Positions 8,378 to 16,486 are shown, counted from the stretch's first letter. The stretch: DNA of 49,695 nt from an uncultured Candidatus Saccharibacteria bacterium (GCA_964418085.1 CAYQKB010000001.1:1-49695), one strand, 5' to 3'. The notes: a model not told the origin generated them from the sequence alone. Translations and numbers: made by a program.

Positions 8378-9832
8378 CTATAACGTGCTGGGCGGACTGC
8401 CATCTTCTGCACGTTCAACGTATTCGATGTTTTCGGCCTTCTTGGCATTTTCCGGCGTAATGACCCTTGTCCGTCGTCTATCACGCAAATAGCCCAAGAG
8501 AACAAAAAGCAAAATAAGAAGAAGAAGTAACGGCCATATCCATCCCCACGGAATAACCGAGAAAGCGAAAGCCAAACCGCCGACCGGCTCCGTAGATGAA
8601 GAGCTTGTCGCGTTTGTCAGTATTGCAAGAGATGAGAGAGTGCCGGATGCATTCTTCGTCCCCGTTGCATTCCGCAGAGAACCCGGAAGCTCGGCGAGGT
8701 TTCTTTCGGTGCTCGAAGGAACTCCTCCCAAACCGCCTTCAAATTTATGGACGGTTCCCGACGGCGCGCCCTGATTCCGCAGCAATTCTAATAAGTTCTT
8801 TCCGTTCTGCACTACGAGCTGTTGAGCCGGGGTAAGCGGAAACTGTCTTCCGCAGAAAATCTCGTTTATTTTCTTTACCGTTGTGATATACACATATCCT
8901 GTCGGCTCGGTAAGTCCCCATGGATCAAGTATGTCCGCCTTATATCTTTCCTGAAACGCCTTTACCGCTTCGAATGTTGCGGCATCGTACACTCCAGTTA
9001 TCTGAACATTCTCAAATCCTTCAATATAACGCAGAAACCCTTGAAGCTTATCTACTTCAACAGGATCGTTCTGCTCGCCAAAGCGGATATATTTACGAAT
9101 ATAAGTGACGCATTCAGTCGGAACTGTAATTGTTCCGCCACCAGAACCAGAAGATGGGACTATCGGCGCAGTCGGAGTTGAAGAAGTCGGGAATGTTCCG
9201 GTACCGCCGCCCACAGTTACAACTGTCGGATTGCCTGAACCGCCACCTCCTCCTCCGCCTCCCCCGTTTACTCCTCCGCCGTTATTTCCATTTCCTCCCG
9301 GTGTCGTTGATGTCGGCTGAACAGACACGCCGCCGTCTCCTCCATTTGAAGATCCACCGGTCACCGTGCTCGAAGCCGTAGATGTCGGAGTAGAAGATAT
9401 GCCATCCCCTCCGTTCGATGAGCCGCCGGACACGGTTGATGTCGCGGTAGATGTCGAAACAGAAATGGAAGAATCATCTCCATTCGAAGAACCTCCGGTC
9501 ACCGTGCTTGTAGGCACAGTTGCCGTAGTGCTCGTCGGGAAAACAATTGCATCATCACCATTCATGGATCCTCCAGTCACGGAACCCCCCGGGAAAGTCG
9601 AACTCGGGGTCGAAGTTGAAACCACAGTCGTGCCATCGTCTCCGTTCGTGGATCCGCAGCTAATCGGTGAACTCGAACTTTCGCGAGAAATCACCGCCGT
9701 GCCATCGTCTCCACTCGAGGAATCGCCATGCACACTCGCTAAGGCAACCGTTTGAGAACGGAAAAATAAGGTTAACACAATCAGCAAAATCAAAACTATC
9801 GTATTATGACAATAATTCCGGAATAATTTCAT
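8378..9832 (-). CDS. Secreted Ser/Thr/Gly-rich repeat protein with peptidoglycan-binding-like domain and C-terminal membrane anchor
   Basis: The start was moved to MKLFRNY..IVLILLIVLTLFF, which is signal-like. It has tandem GGSSNGDD-type repeats, a poly-G tract, LQGFLRYIEGFENVQITGVYDAATFEAVKAFQERY (PG_binding_1-like), and a C-terminal WPLLLLLILLFVLLGYLRDRRR anchor. Confidence 0.75.
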   Translation of the reverse strand: MKLFRNYCHNTIVLILLIVLTLFFRSQTVALASVHGDSSSGDDGTAVISRESSSSPISCGSTNGDDGTTVVSTSTPSSTFPGGSVTGGSMNGDDAIVFPTSTTATVPTSTVTGGSSNGDDSSISVSTSTATSTVSGGSSNGGDGISSTPTSTASSTVTGGSSNGGDGGVSVQPTSTTPGGNGNNGGGVNGGGGGGGGGSGNPTVVTVGGGTGTFPTSSTPTAPIVPSSGSGGGTITVPTECVTYIRKYIRFGEQNDPVEVDKLQGFLRYIEGFENVQITGVYDAATFEAVKAFQERYKADILDPWGLTEPTGYVYITTVKKINEIFCGRQFPLTPAQQLVVQNGKNLLELLRNQGAPSGTVHKFEGGLGGVPSSTERNLAELPGSLRNATGTKNASGTLSSLAILTNATSSSSTEPVGGLAFAFSVIPWGWIWPLLLLLILLFVLLGYLRDRRRTRVITPENAKKAENIEYVERAEDGSPPSTL

Positions 9833-9844
9833 ATACAAGTGAGT

Positions 9845-10017
9845 AGACCCCATCTCAAAAGTAGGCCTGCGATTGTCGCGAGGGATTTTCGAGATGAAAA
9901 CAAGGATATTCCGACAAAGGATACGGTCGTATCCTGCGAAGGAAATCGTTGTTTTCAGCCGAAAATAACCGTGAGAACCGCGGTTCTTCATTGATACCTA
10001 CTTGTGAGATGGGGTCT
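9845..10017 (+). ncRNA. Candidate structured RNA / foldback element 1 (about 173 nt)
   Basis: AGACCCCATCTCAAAAGTAGG at the 5' end pairs with CCTACTTGTGAGATGGGGTCT at the 3' end. Inner helices are GCGATTGTCGCG/CGTGAGAACCGC, ATTTTCGAGATGAAAACAA/TTGTTTTCAGCCGAAAAT and GGATAC/GTATCC. It is homologous to element 3. Strand was inferred from G-U pairs only. Confidence 0.4.
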
Positions 10018-10046
10018 GGATAAATTTTTTCGACCATTTCCAGGAA

Positions 10047-10076
10047 TTGTCAAAGATCTGTCAAAGCAATCATAAT
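10047..10076 (+). promoter_or_regulatory. Candidate sigma70-like promoter directly upstream of RNA-like element 2
   Basis: TTGTCA (10047-10052), an 18-nt spacer, then CATAAT (10071-10076). Element 2 begins about 19 nt downstream. Confidence 0.35.
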
Positions 10077-10094
10077 CATCAATGCAGAGATATT

Positions 10095-10366
10095 AGACCC
10101 CACTTGCAAAATCCCTTCTAGCCGCGTTCTTAGCGATTTTTTCGTATCCGCAAGGCTTCGATGAGGAAGTTGTGCTGAAGCACTACGCCCGAGTCGAAAC
10201 GAAGCGGGACGAGAAAATCGCAAGAACCCTTCGGGATACGCTAAGTTTGTGCTGTCGCTGCGTCGCTTCGGGACTCGGAGTACGTAAAGCACACCTTCGC
10301 CCTTGCTCCTTGCGACATCAAAAATTTAGCAGTATCGCGGCCGAAGGTATTTTGTAAGTGGGGTCT
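10095..10366 (+). ncRNA. Candidate structured RNA / foldback element 2 (about 272 nt, rod-like)
   Basis: AGACCCCACTTGCAAAAT pairs with ATTTTGTAAGTGGGGTCT, including one G-T pair that works only on the plus strand. Further nested pairings are CCTTC/GAAGG, GCCGCG/CGCGGC, GCAAGG/CCTTGC and CCGAGTC/GACTCGG. Confidence 0.4.
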
Positions 10367-10414
10367 TGATTTTTAAAGAGCGGCTTATCCTACCACAAAA
10401 ACCTTTATAGTCCA

Positions 10415-10620
10415 GAACCCATCTCAAAAGTAGGCCAGCGGTTGTCGCGAGATATTTTCGAGAATAAAAACGACGATGTTCCGACCCGCCTCGACTCGAC
10501 GTCTTCGGCGAGGCGGGCAAGGAATACTGAGGTATTCCGCGAAGGAAATCGTTGTTTTCAGCCGAAAATAACCGCGAGAACCGAGGCTCTTCGTCAATAA
10601 CCTACTTTTGAGATGGGTTC
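10415..10620 (+). ncRNA. Candidate structured RNA / foldback element 3 (about 206 nt), homologue of element 1
   Basis: GAACCCATCTCAAAAGTAGG pairs with CCTACTTTTGAGATGGGTTC. The closing stem differs from element 1 by a compensated change (GACCCC/GGGGTC versus GAACCC/GGGTTC). It shares GCGAAGGAAATCGTTGTTTTCAGCCGAAAATAACCG with element 1 and has an extra hairpin CCCGCCTCG...CGAGGCGGG. Confidence 0.4.
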
Positions 10621-10722
10621 AAGGTTTATGCGGCCCATTCGCCTCTAACTACGTGACGCTTCATAGCGAGTGCTATTACAAAATCTGATTTTAGCGACAC
10701 CGGAGCACGACTGGGAAATATT

Positions 10723-10750
10723 TTGATATAACAACTAAAACGTGTAGAAT
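10723..10750 (+). promoter_or_regulatory. Candidate promoter of the ABC transporter operon
   Basis: TTGATA, a 16-nt spacer, then TAGAAT, about 40 nt upstream of the 10791 ATG. Confidence 0.4.
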
Positions 10751-10790
10751 ATGGAATAAAGTTAAAACAGCATTATTCTAGAAAGATCTG

Positions 10791-11516
10791 ATGATTTCCA
10801 TAAAAAATATTTCAAAGAAGTATTGGCATGAAACGGTTGTGCGCGGAGTGTCACTCAATGTCCGCGAGGGCAGCGTGTTTGGCTTCATGGGGCAGAACGG
10901 TTCGGGAAAAACAACCACGATGAAAATGATCGTCGGTATCACCGCGCCGACGGAGGGAACTATTGAGATAGACGGAAAGCAGTTGGGCGACGCGTCTGTG
11001 CACGAAGTGATTGGCTATATGCCCGAAGCTCCCTATTTCTATGACCGGCTTACCGGATTGGAATTTTTACGTTTCTCGGGAGAATTATTTGAGAATGGAA
11101 AAAAACAGGATACCGATTACGATGCGCTCTTAAAAGAGGTTGGCATCTATGGCGCTCGCGACAAAAAAATTCAGACCTATTCAAAAGGAATGAAGCAAAG
11201 ACTCGGCTTCGCGCAAGCGCTGGTGAATGACCCGAAATACGTGTTCCTCGACGAACCGCTCGACGGACTCGACCCGATCGGACGGCGGGAAATTAAAAAT
11301 ATCATCAAAGGGTTGAAAGCGCGCGGGAAAACTATTTTTTTCAATTCGCATATCCTGTACGACACAGAGGAGCTGTGCGATGAGATCGGTATCATTAACG
11401 ATGGCTCGCTCCTCTATCGCGGCACGGTAAAAGAGTTCACACACGGTCGCCCGCTCGAAGAACAATTCATCGCGCTTGTCGAAAAGCACGGCGTGCCGCA
11501 TTCAACAGCAACATGA
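10791..11516 (+). CDS. ABC transporter ATP-binding protein
   Basis: Walker A GQNGSGKTTT, signature-like YSKGMKQRL, Walker B VFLDEP. A 4-nt overlap links it to the downstream permease. Confidence 0.9.
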   Translation: MISIKNISKKYWHETVVRGVSLNVREGSVFGFMGQNGSGKTTTMKMIVGITAPTEGTIEIDGKQLGDASVHEVIGYMPEAPYFYDRLTGLEFLRFSGELFENGKKQDTDYDALLKEVGIYGARDKKIQTYSKGMKQRLGFAQALVNDPKYVFLDEPLDGLDPIGRREIKNIIKGLKARGKTIFFNSHILYDTEELCDEIGIINDGSLLYRGTVKEFTHGRPLEEQFIALVEKHGVPHSTAT

Positions 11517-12271
11517 GAATCATCTTCGTCATAGCCAAAAATACGTTCAGAGAAGCAATACGGGATAAAATCCTCTACGCAATCGTGGGTTTTGCCGCGC
11601 TTTTTATTCTTTCGAGCTTGTTCGTCGCGCAGCTTGCGCACAACGACATCATTCCGGTAAAAAGCTTTGGGCTTACAGGCATATACGTCTTTGGCCTCAT
11701 TGCCGCGATATTTTTGGGGTCGTCTATTATCTATAAAGAAATTGAAAAAAGAACCCTGTATTTCATCCTTTCAAAACCGGTTTCCCGCACGCAGATTATC
11801 ATGGGAAAATTTCTCGGCCTTCTTGCCGCCGTTGCGCTTACGACAATCTTAATGACGCTCGTCTACGAAGGCGTCATCCTGTATCAGGGCGGCGGGTTCG
11901 ATTACGGAGCGCTCCTATCCACACTTTTTCAAATCATGGAAGAAGCGCTTTTCACTGCACTCCTCATTTTTCTCTCTTCAATCATGGCACCGCTCACCTC
12001 CACCATTTCCGCGATTATCATTCTTTTCGTTGGGCATCTTACCGCCTCCGCTCTCGCGGAAGCAAAAACCGTCGGTGGAATTTCGTATAAATTCATCTCA
12101 TTCATTTATTATGTTTTTCCGAATCTCGGAAAATTCGACATCCGGGCATTCATCATCCACGGCACGCCGCCGCCCTCATCACTCGGCATCATTGCATTCT
12201 GCTACGCCCTTTTTTACTCGACACTGCTCCTTTTTTCCGCGTGTATACTCTTTAAGCGGAGGGAGCTTTAA
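11513..12271 (+). CDS. ABC-2 type transporter permease
   Basis: A 252-aa polytopic membrane protein, translationally coupled (ATGA) to the ATPase gene. Confidence 0.75.
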   Translation: MRIIFVIAKNTFREAIRDKILYAIVGFAALFILSSLFVAQLAHNDIIPVKSFGLTGIYVFGLIAAIFLGSSIIYKEIEKRTLYFILSKPVSRTQIIMGKFLGLLAAVALTTILMTLVYEGVILYQGGGFDYGALLSTLFQIMEEALFTALLIFLSSIMAPLTSTISAIIILFVGHLTASALAEAKTVGGISYKFISFIYYVFPNLGKFDIRAFIIHGTPPPSSLGIIAFCYALFYSTLLLFSACILFKRREL

Positions 12272-12350
12272 AACATATATCCCCTCACCCGTCAAAGATC
12301 AGTCTATCTAGTGAAATCGAATCATTCGCAGTAGCCTCTATATAATAAAC

Positions 12351-13232
12351 ATGACATCATCATTGCAACCAAAATCTTTGAAAGGTGTGGGGATGCCCAA
12401 GATTATAAACGGACCGGCGAAGCTCGTCGCAATACTGGCGCTATTCGGCGGAGTGTTCGGAACACAACTTATCTACGACACAAAAAAAATTCAAGCGCCC
12501 GAAACCGATTTCGCGGTTTCTCCAAAATTTTTGGCGGCGATTGATATCGGACTTCATTCGGCGCTTGCATCATACCTGTGGCTTTTTAAAACAAGAACCG
12601 AGCTTATCCATTTTCTATTTCTTTCAAAAAAAGATCAGGAAGATGGTTTCAACAAATTTTCCCGTGACATAAATACCATAAATACGCTCGATCCGAAATA
12701 CAGCGACCCGTACGCGTACTCCGTCATCGTTCTTCCCGCAAGCACCTATTCAAAAAGAATTGAGGCCTCAATCGAGATAGGCAAACGCGGAGTCGCAAAC
12801 GCCGATCCGGACTGGCAAATCCCCTTCTATATGGCCGTCACCTATCATCTCGACCTTAAAGACAGTCTGGACGCACTCAGGTATTTCGACATCGCATCCC
12901 GCACGCCCGGAATTCCCAACGTCGTAAAAGTATTTGCGGCAAATTACGGCTCAATCCCAACAACCCGCGAACAAACAAAACAAATCTGGACAGTAATTTA
13001 CAAAACCACAGACGACGAAGCAACTCGCGAGCGGGCACAATCCTACATCGTACACCTGGATATTTTTGACTTCCTTGAAAATGCGGTAAAGGAATATAAA
13101 ACAAAATTTGGCATGTATCCAAAAGATCTCTCCGATCTCGTTTCGAAAAAAATCATACCGGAAATACCGCTAGATCCGCTGGGCTTTACCTTCTATCTGT
13201 TTAAAAACGGTGAAGTGCGGGTGAAGGATTAA
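12351..13232 (+). CDS. Hypothetical membrane-anchored protein (start 12351 or 12393)
   Basis: Long ORF with the N-terminal helix AKLVAILALFGGVFGTQLIY, followed by a strong terminator. Confidence 0.6.
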   Translation: MTSSLQPKSLKGVGMPKIINGPAKLVAILALFGGVFGTQLIYDTKKIQAPETDFAVSPKFLAAIDIGLHSALASYLWLFKTRTELIHFLFLSKKDQEDGFNKFSRDINTINTLDPKYSDPYAYSVIVLPASTYSKRIEASIEIGKRGVANADPDWQIPFYMAVTYHLDLKDSLDALRYFDIASRTPGIPNVVKVFAANYGSIPTTREQTKQIWTVIYKTTDDEATRERAQSYIVHLDIFDFLENAVKEYKTKFGMYPKDLSDLVSKKIIPEIPLDPLGFTFYLFKNGEVRVKD

Positions 13233-13240
13233 AATGCGAA

Positions 13241-13268
13241 GGCGGGACAATGTTGTCCCGCCTTTTTT
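13241..13268 (+). terminator. Rho-independent terminator
   Basis: GGCGGGACA-ATGT-TGTCCCGCC followed by TTTTTT. It sits between convergent genes. Confidence 0.7.
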
Positions 13269-13289
13269 GACGTGTACCGGCCTGCTCGG

Positions 13290-13676
13290 CTATGCAAGAT
13301 AGTAATCACTCGACCGCCACGCTGACACCGTAAATACGGTAACTTCGGCAGGTCCGCCCACACCCTCGGCCCAGTGTTCTTGGCCAGGACGGATAGTCAA
13401 GACGTTATTTTCGCGAAGCGTCAACGGTTCCTGCCTTCTGTTTCCGATATGAACTCTCAGGATCCCTTTCCGGACCTGATAGACTTCGATGGTTTCTTTA
13501 TGTACATGTGGCTTCGAAGTGCCGATCAGGGCAATTGCCAGGCTCCAGCTTTCGTCCGTGGCTCTCGCAACTTCGCAGACCACTTCCTCGGGCGCGTCTT
13601 CGGGAATCATGAAAAATGTAGCTCCCTTTGGCTGTTGCTGTTTCAACCGTTCAATCATTGCTGTCGGAATAATCAT
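13290..13676 (-). CDS. Cupin-domain protein
   Basis: A 128-aa ORF with PHVHKETIEVYQVRKG...LTIRPGQEHWAEG, a cupin-like two-motif pattern. Confidence 0.6.
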   Translation of the reverse strand: MIIPTAMIERLKQQQPKGATFFMIPEDAPEEVVCEVARATDESWSLAIALIGTSKPHVHKETIEVYQVRKGILRVHIGNRRQEPLTLRENNVLTIRPGQEHWAEGVGGPAEVTVFTVSAWRSSDYYLA

Positions 13677-13779
13677 ATGGTTTCACTTTCGTTAAAGGTC
13701 TGGCGTGATAATAACTCTAAATTCGCCCGCATGGCAAGCGATGAAAAAATCGCGGGCCGGCAAAAAAACAAAAAAATCT

Positions 13780-14664
13780 CTACGTATGGACCGCGGAGAA
13801 AACTGCACGGACATCTTTCTTTTTTAGGATAACGTCATCAAGTGCAATAAGTATCGGGAATCTCTTTGCTTCGCCCTTAAGCATTGAAAGCACCGACGGA
13901 AGTGACACGGTGCCTTCCCCCATCGGCGCCACGCCCTCTTTAATCAAACGTTCCCCTACGCCACGATTCCGCGAGTGCGGGGAAAATCCGGTCGCAACCA
14001 AATCGCCAAGGCCGGCGCAGCTATATGCCGCCTGGCCGTCCCCGCCGAGCGTCTTTATTATTTCAGCCATTTCGGAAAGTGCCTGCCCGACATACCAGCC
14101 CTTAAAATTTGAGCCGAGCTCAAGCGCATCCACGATTCCGAGGCCGACCGCGTAAATATTTTTAAGCACTCCGGCGAGAGCCACGCTTCGAATGTCAGAT
14201 GAATGCTCGAGAACAAGATTGGTATTCGAAAAAAGATTCTTAACTTCGGAAATTGCTGCCTTATCAAGCGACGTGCACACACCCCTGCCGGATAAGCTGT
14301 TAGCCAGTTCTTCGGCAAGCATCGGCCCGCTTACAAGCACGTTTGGGTGGTGGGGCAAAAGTTCGGTAAAAATTTCGTCCGCGCGCTTCAGGGTTTTGCC
14401 TTCAATCCCTTTCGCGAAAAAAATCAGTATCGCATTGTCCCGTAAATACGGTTTCAGATCTTTTATGGCGTCGCGCACTCTCCACGACGGAACGCACAAA
14501 AATATAACGTCTGCCTTCGACACGGTTTCGGAAAGCGGTTTTTGATTCGGCACTTTCGAAACATCAACGTCAAAAAACTCGGTTCGTACATTTTTCTTCT
14601 CCAAAATACTCCCTAGTGCCGCCCCAATTCTCCCGGCACCGATAATTAAAACAGTGTTGTTCAT
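13780..14664 (-). CDS. gpsA: NAD(P)H-dependent glycerol-3-phosphate dehydrogenase
   Basis: N-terminal Rossmann motif VLIIGAGRIGAALG and the C-terminal GpsA-type motif AGLGDLVATGFSPHSRNRGVGERL. Confidence 0.8.
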   Translation of the reverse strand: MNNTVLIIGAGRIGAALGSILEKKNVRTEFFDVDVSKVPNQKPLSETVSKADVIFLCVPSWRVRDAIKDLKPYLRDNAILIFFAKGIEGKTLKRADEIFTELLPHHPNVLVSGPMLAEELANSLSGRGVCTSLDKAAISEVKNLFSNTNLVLEHSSDIRSVALAGVLKNIYAVGLGIVDALELGSNFKGWYVGQALSEMAEIIKTLGGDGQAAYSCAGLGDLVATGFSPHSRNRGVGERLIKEGVAPMGEGTVSLPSVLSMLKGEAKRFPILIALDDVILKKKDVRAVFSAVHT

Positions 14665-14768
14665 CCCGTTAGAAAATTAAAAACAGCGCTTTGCGACCGC
14701 TAAGGCGATTAGTGTTAGAATCGATTGTTTGATATTGATACGTTGTGATTGTTAATTTTCTAACGGGA
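14664..14768 (-). mobile_element. 105-nt MITE-like element, copy A, abutting the gpsA start codon
   Basis: Terminal inverted repeats TCCCGTTAGAAAATTAA (17 bp), flanked on both sides by TTCA (TGAA on the gene strand) at 14660-14663 and 14769-14772. Its reverse complement aligns along its whole length with copy B. The last element base supplies the A of the gpsA ATG. Confidence 0.6.
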
Positions 14769-14780
14769 TTCATGCTCTTG

Positions 14781-14809
14781 ATTATAAAGCGTTGCAAGCC
14801 TGGTTTCTA
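14781..14809 (-). promoter_or_regulatory. Candidate gpsA promoter just outside the MITE-like element
   Basis: On the minus strand, TAGAAA, a 17-nt spacer, then TATAAT. The predicted start falls near the outer end of element A, so the element would form the 5' leader. Confidence 0.35.
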
Positions 14810-14872
14810 GCTTTTCTTCCCTCCTTATTTTAATATTCTTAGGTACCAAACGTAATCCGACCTCTATCAAAC

Positions 14873-15349
14873 CTAGTTCCCGCTCGTCTTCAAAAATCCG
14901 GCAATCGCCTTCACCACCTGGGAATCCGGCTTCAGGTTTTCCCAAAACATGATTTTATCCTTCGGAATATACATCGTGTCCTGCGGGCCATGGAGTTCGC
15001 CGCCAAGCTTCACGAGGTTAAATCCCGATCCCGGCGCCGTCGCTCCCTGTTGAAGCTGTTCGGCAACCTGCAAATAGAAAATATTTGAAAGCGTCACGTA
15101 ATCCCTGCTGTGGTTCGCGAGATGTCCAAAATAAACCTGGTTATTGGTTAGAAACACCGACTGCCACTCCGATCCGGAAACCGCCGGGAAATCCCCGCCG
15201 GAAAGAATACTCCAGGCGACAACCACGATAGCCGCTATAATGAGTATGCCCACAATGTTCCATCCCCGCCCACCGCCGCGCTTCGGCGCAACCGACTCTG
15301 GCGCAACATGCGCCGAAGTCTCAAAAGCTACATTTGTTTTTCCAGCCAT
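14873..15349 (-). CDS. Hypothetical membrane-anchored protein
   Basis: A 158-aa ORF with one TM helix (WNIVGILIIAAIVVVAWSIL) and a soluble C-terminal domain. Confidence 0.55.
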   Translation of the reverse strand: MAGKTNVAFETSAHVAPESVAPKRGGGRGWNIVGILIIAAIVVVAWSILSGGDFPAVSGSEWQSVFLTNNQVYFGHLANHSRDYVTLSNIFYLQVAEQLQQGATAPGSGFNLVKLGGELHGPQDTMYIPKDKIMFWENLKPDSQVVKAIAGFLKTSGN

Positions 15350-15499
15350 TGATGTATGGTATAAGTTTAATTTCGACTTTTTATAATCATACCACGCTGT
15401 CCAAAAAATAAAATATATCGTATCTCCTAATATTATATTTCTATCTTATCTCTAAGCTCTTATCTCTTGTCTCTATTTTCTAAGTACTATTTTCTAGTC

Positions 15500-15642
15500 T
15501 CATTTCCCCAGTTGGTAGAGCATCTGGACTTCGCGCGGAGACAGCGCCCGGTTGCTTGCCCGGAGCTTGTCGAAGGTGCTTGCCCTGACTCGTCCCGAGT
15601 ATTATCGAGGGAGCTTGTGGAAGTGTAGACGCACACGTCGTC
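15500..15642 (-). pseudogene. Orphan LamG-tail fragment: DDVCVY, a 71-nt insert, then NRALSPREVQMLYQLGK-stop
   Basis: The minus strand encodes DDVCVY at 15625-15642 and NRALSPREVQMLYQLGK* at 15500-15553 in a different frame. They are separated by 71 nt, exactly at the Y|N junction of the conserved LamG module tail DDVR(I/V)YNRALSxREVQxLY. Confidence 0.55.
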
Positions 15643-15669
15643 GAGGAAAGCAGTAAAAAAACGGAGTCA

Positions 15670-15915
15670 TTATCGCGAGTGCTTTTGCTCAAGCTTTCGC
15701 ACGCGCATCTCAAGGGCGTCAAAACGCTCCTTCCAGTCAGAACCCAAAGACGAAATTTGGAGTTCTACACGGTCAAAACGGTCGTTCACCTCCGCATTGA
15801 ATTTTGTTATATCAGCATTAGTAGCCGCGAGTTCTGCTTTTGTCGCCGTCTTTTCAAAACCGGCCGCCACCATCTGTGCCAGCTCATCTAATGTAATATT
15901 TTTTGCCTTTGCCAT
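15670..15915 (-). CDS. Small coiled-coil protein, unknown function
   Basis: An 81-aa ORF with heptad-like charged sequence (DRFDRVELQISSLGSDWKERFDALEMRVRKLEQK), lying between two orphan LamG 3' fragments. Confidence 0.45.
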   Translation of the reverse strand: MAKAKNITLDELAQMVAAGFEKTATKAELAATNADITKFNAEVNDRFDRVELQISSLGSDWKERFDALEMRVRKLEQKHSR

Positions 15916-16082
15916 ATGCTTATAGTAGACGTTGAAATGGATTTGTCAATCTCCATCTTCTCCGATGCCCAAGTCAGCCGGGTCTTTCTCTCTTCGGTGG
16001 CAGCGGATAAGACAGATCAGCCCCTATACAGTCTTATCCATCCTCTCTATTTTCTAAGTACTATATTTCCGCTGCGCCCCTC

Positions 16083-16166
16083 TGTCATTCTCGAGCGCCG
16101 CGTTCGGGAATCCAGACCATTCCCAACTCAACCCTGGATCCCCGGGCTGCTGCCCGAGGATGACAG
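16083..16166. repeat. Composite palindromic (REP-like) element, copy 1
   Basis: TGTCATTCTCG..CGGGAATCCAG ... CTGGATCCCCG..CGAGGATGACA: two hairpins with inverted TGTCAT/ATGACA ends. Same family as 18711-18784. Confidence 0.6.
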
Positions 16167-16171
16167 AAAAA

Positions 16172-16225
16172 CTACCTCCCCAAGTTGTAGAGCATCTGCA
16201 CTTCGCGGGGAGAGAGGACGCGGTT
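16172..16225 (-). pseudogene. Orphan (displaced) LamG 3' end: NRVLSPREVQMLYNLGR-stop
   Basis: The minus strand reads AAC CGC GTC CTC TCT CCC CGC GAA GTG CAG ATG CTC TAC AAC TTG GGG AGG TAG. It begins immediately after the GIY-YIG stop codon, in the same frame. Confidence 0.55.
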
Positions 16226-16486
16226 TTACCCTGTGAAAAACGATTTGAGTCTTCGACGCAAAGTAATTTTTCCACGAAAAGTTTTTAATGATTTTTCACG
16301 CCGGCGGGCATCCTCTTCATTAAGACACGCTTCATAATAAATAAGTGTTAATGGTCTGCGACTTTTCGTGGAAATTACTTTGCCTTTTTGATGTTGCTCA
16401 AATCGTTCGCGCAAATTATTCGTAGAGCCAGTGTATAGCTGACCATCTTTCAGACTTTTTAAAACGTAGGTATAAAAGAATGGCAT
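16226..16486 (-). CDS. GIY-YIG nuclease family protein (86 aa)
   Basis: FYTYVLKSLKDGQLYTGSTNNLRERFEQH..., the GIY..YIG/YTG motif followed by the conserved R and E, matching stand-alone small GIY-YIG proteins. Confidence 0.8.
   Translation of the reverse strand: MPFFYTYVLKSLKDGQLYTGSTNNLRERFEQHQKGKVISTKSRRPLTLIYYEACLNEEDARRREKSLKTFRGKITLRRRLKSFFTG

Noticed and set aside
9100-9760. Possible CRISPR array or other spaced repeats (also considered for 16.6-18.7 kb)
   Set aside because: The periodic repeats are in-frame coding repeats: GGSSNGDD-type low complexity and 690-nt LamG modules. There are no short identical direct repeats with unique spacers and no cas genes, so there is no CRISPR array in this window.
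9833-10520. N-terminal extension of the 8378..9991 ORF, and ORFs 9855..10037, 10050..10292, 10172..10357 and 10326..10520
   Set aside because: They run through the hairpin-closed RNA-like elements, and their translations are Arg/Ser-rich with no domain features. A signal-peptide-bearing internal start at 9832 gives a sensible protein, so the region is treated as non-coding.
15480-16275. ORFs 15480..15722, 15916..16236 and 16054..16275 as genes
   Set aside because: They span LamG tail remnants, the REP-like palindrome and the recurring AGTACTTAG motif in wrong frames. They are best explained as chance ORFs over repeat debris.
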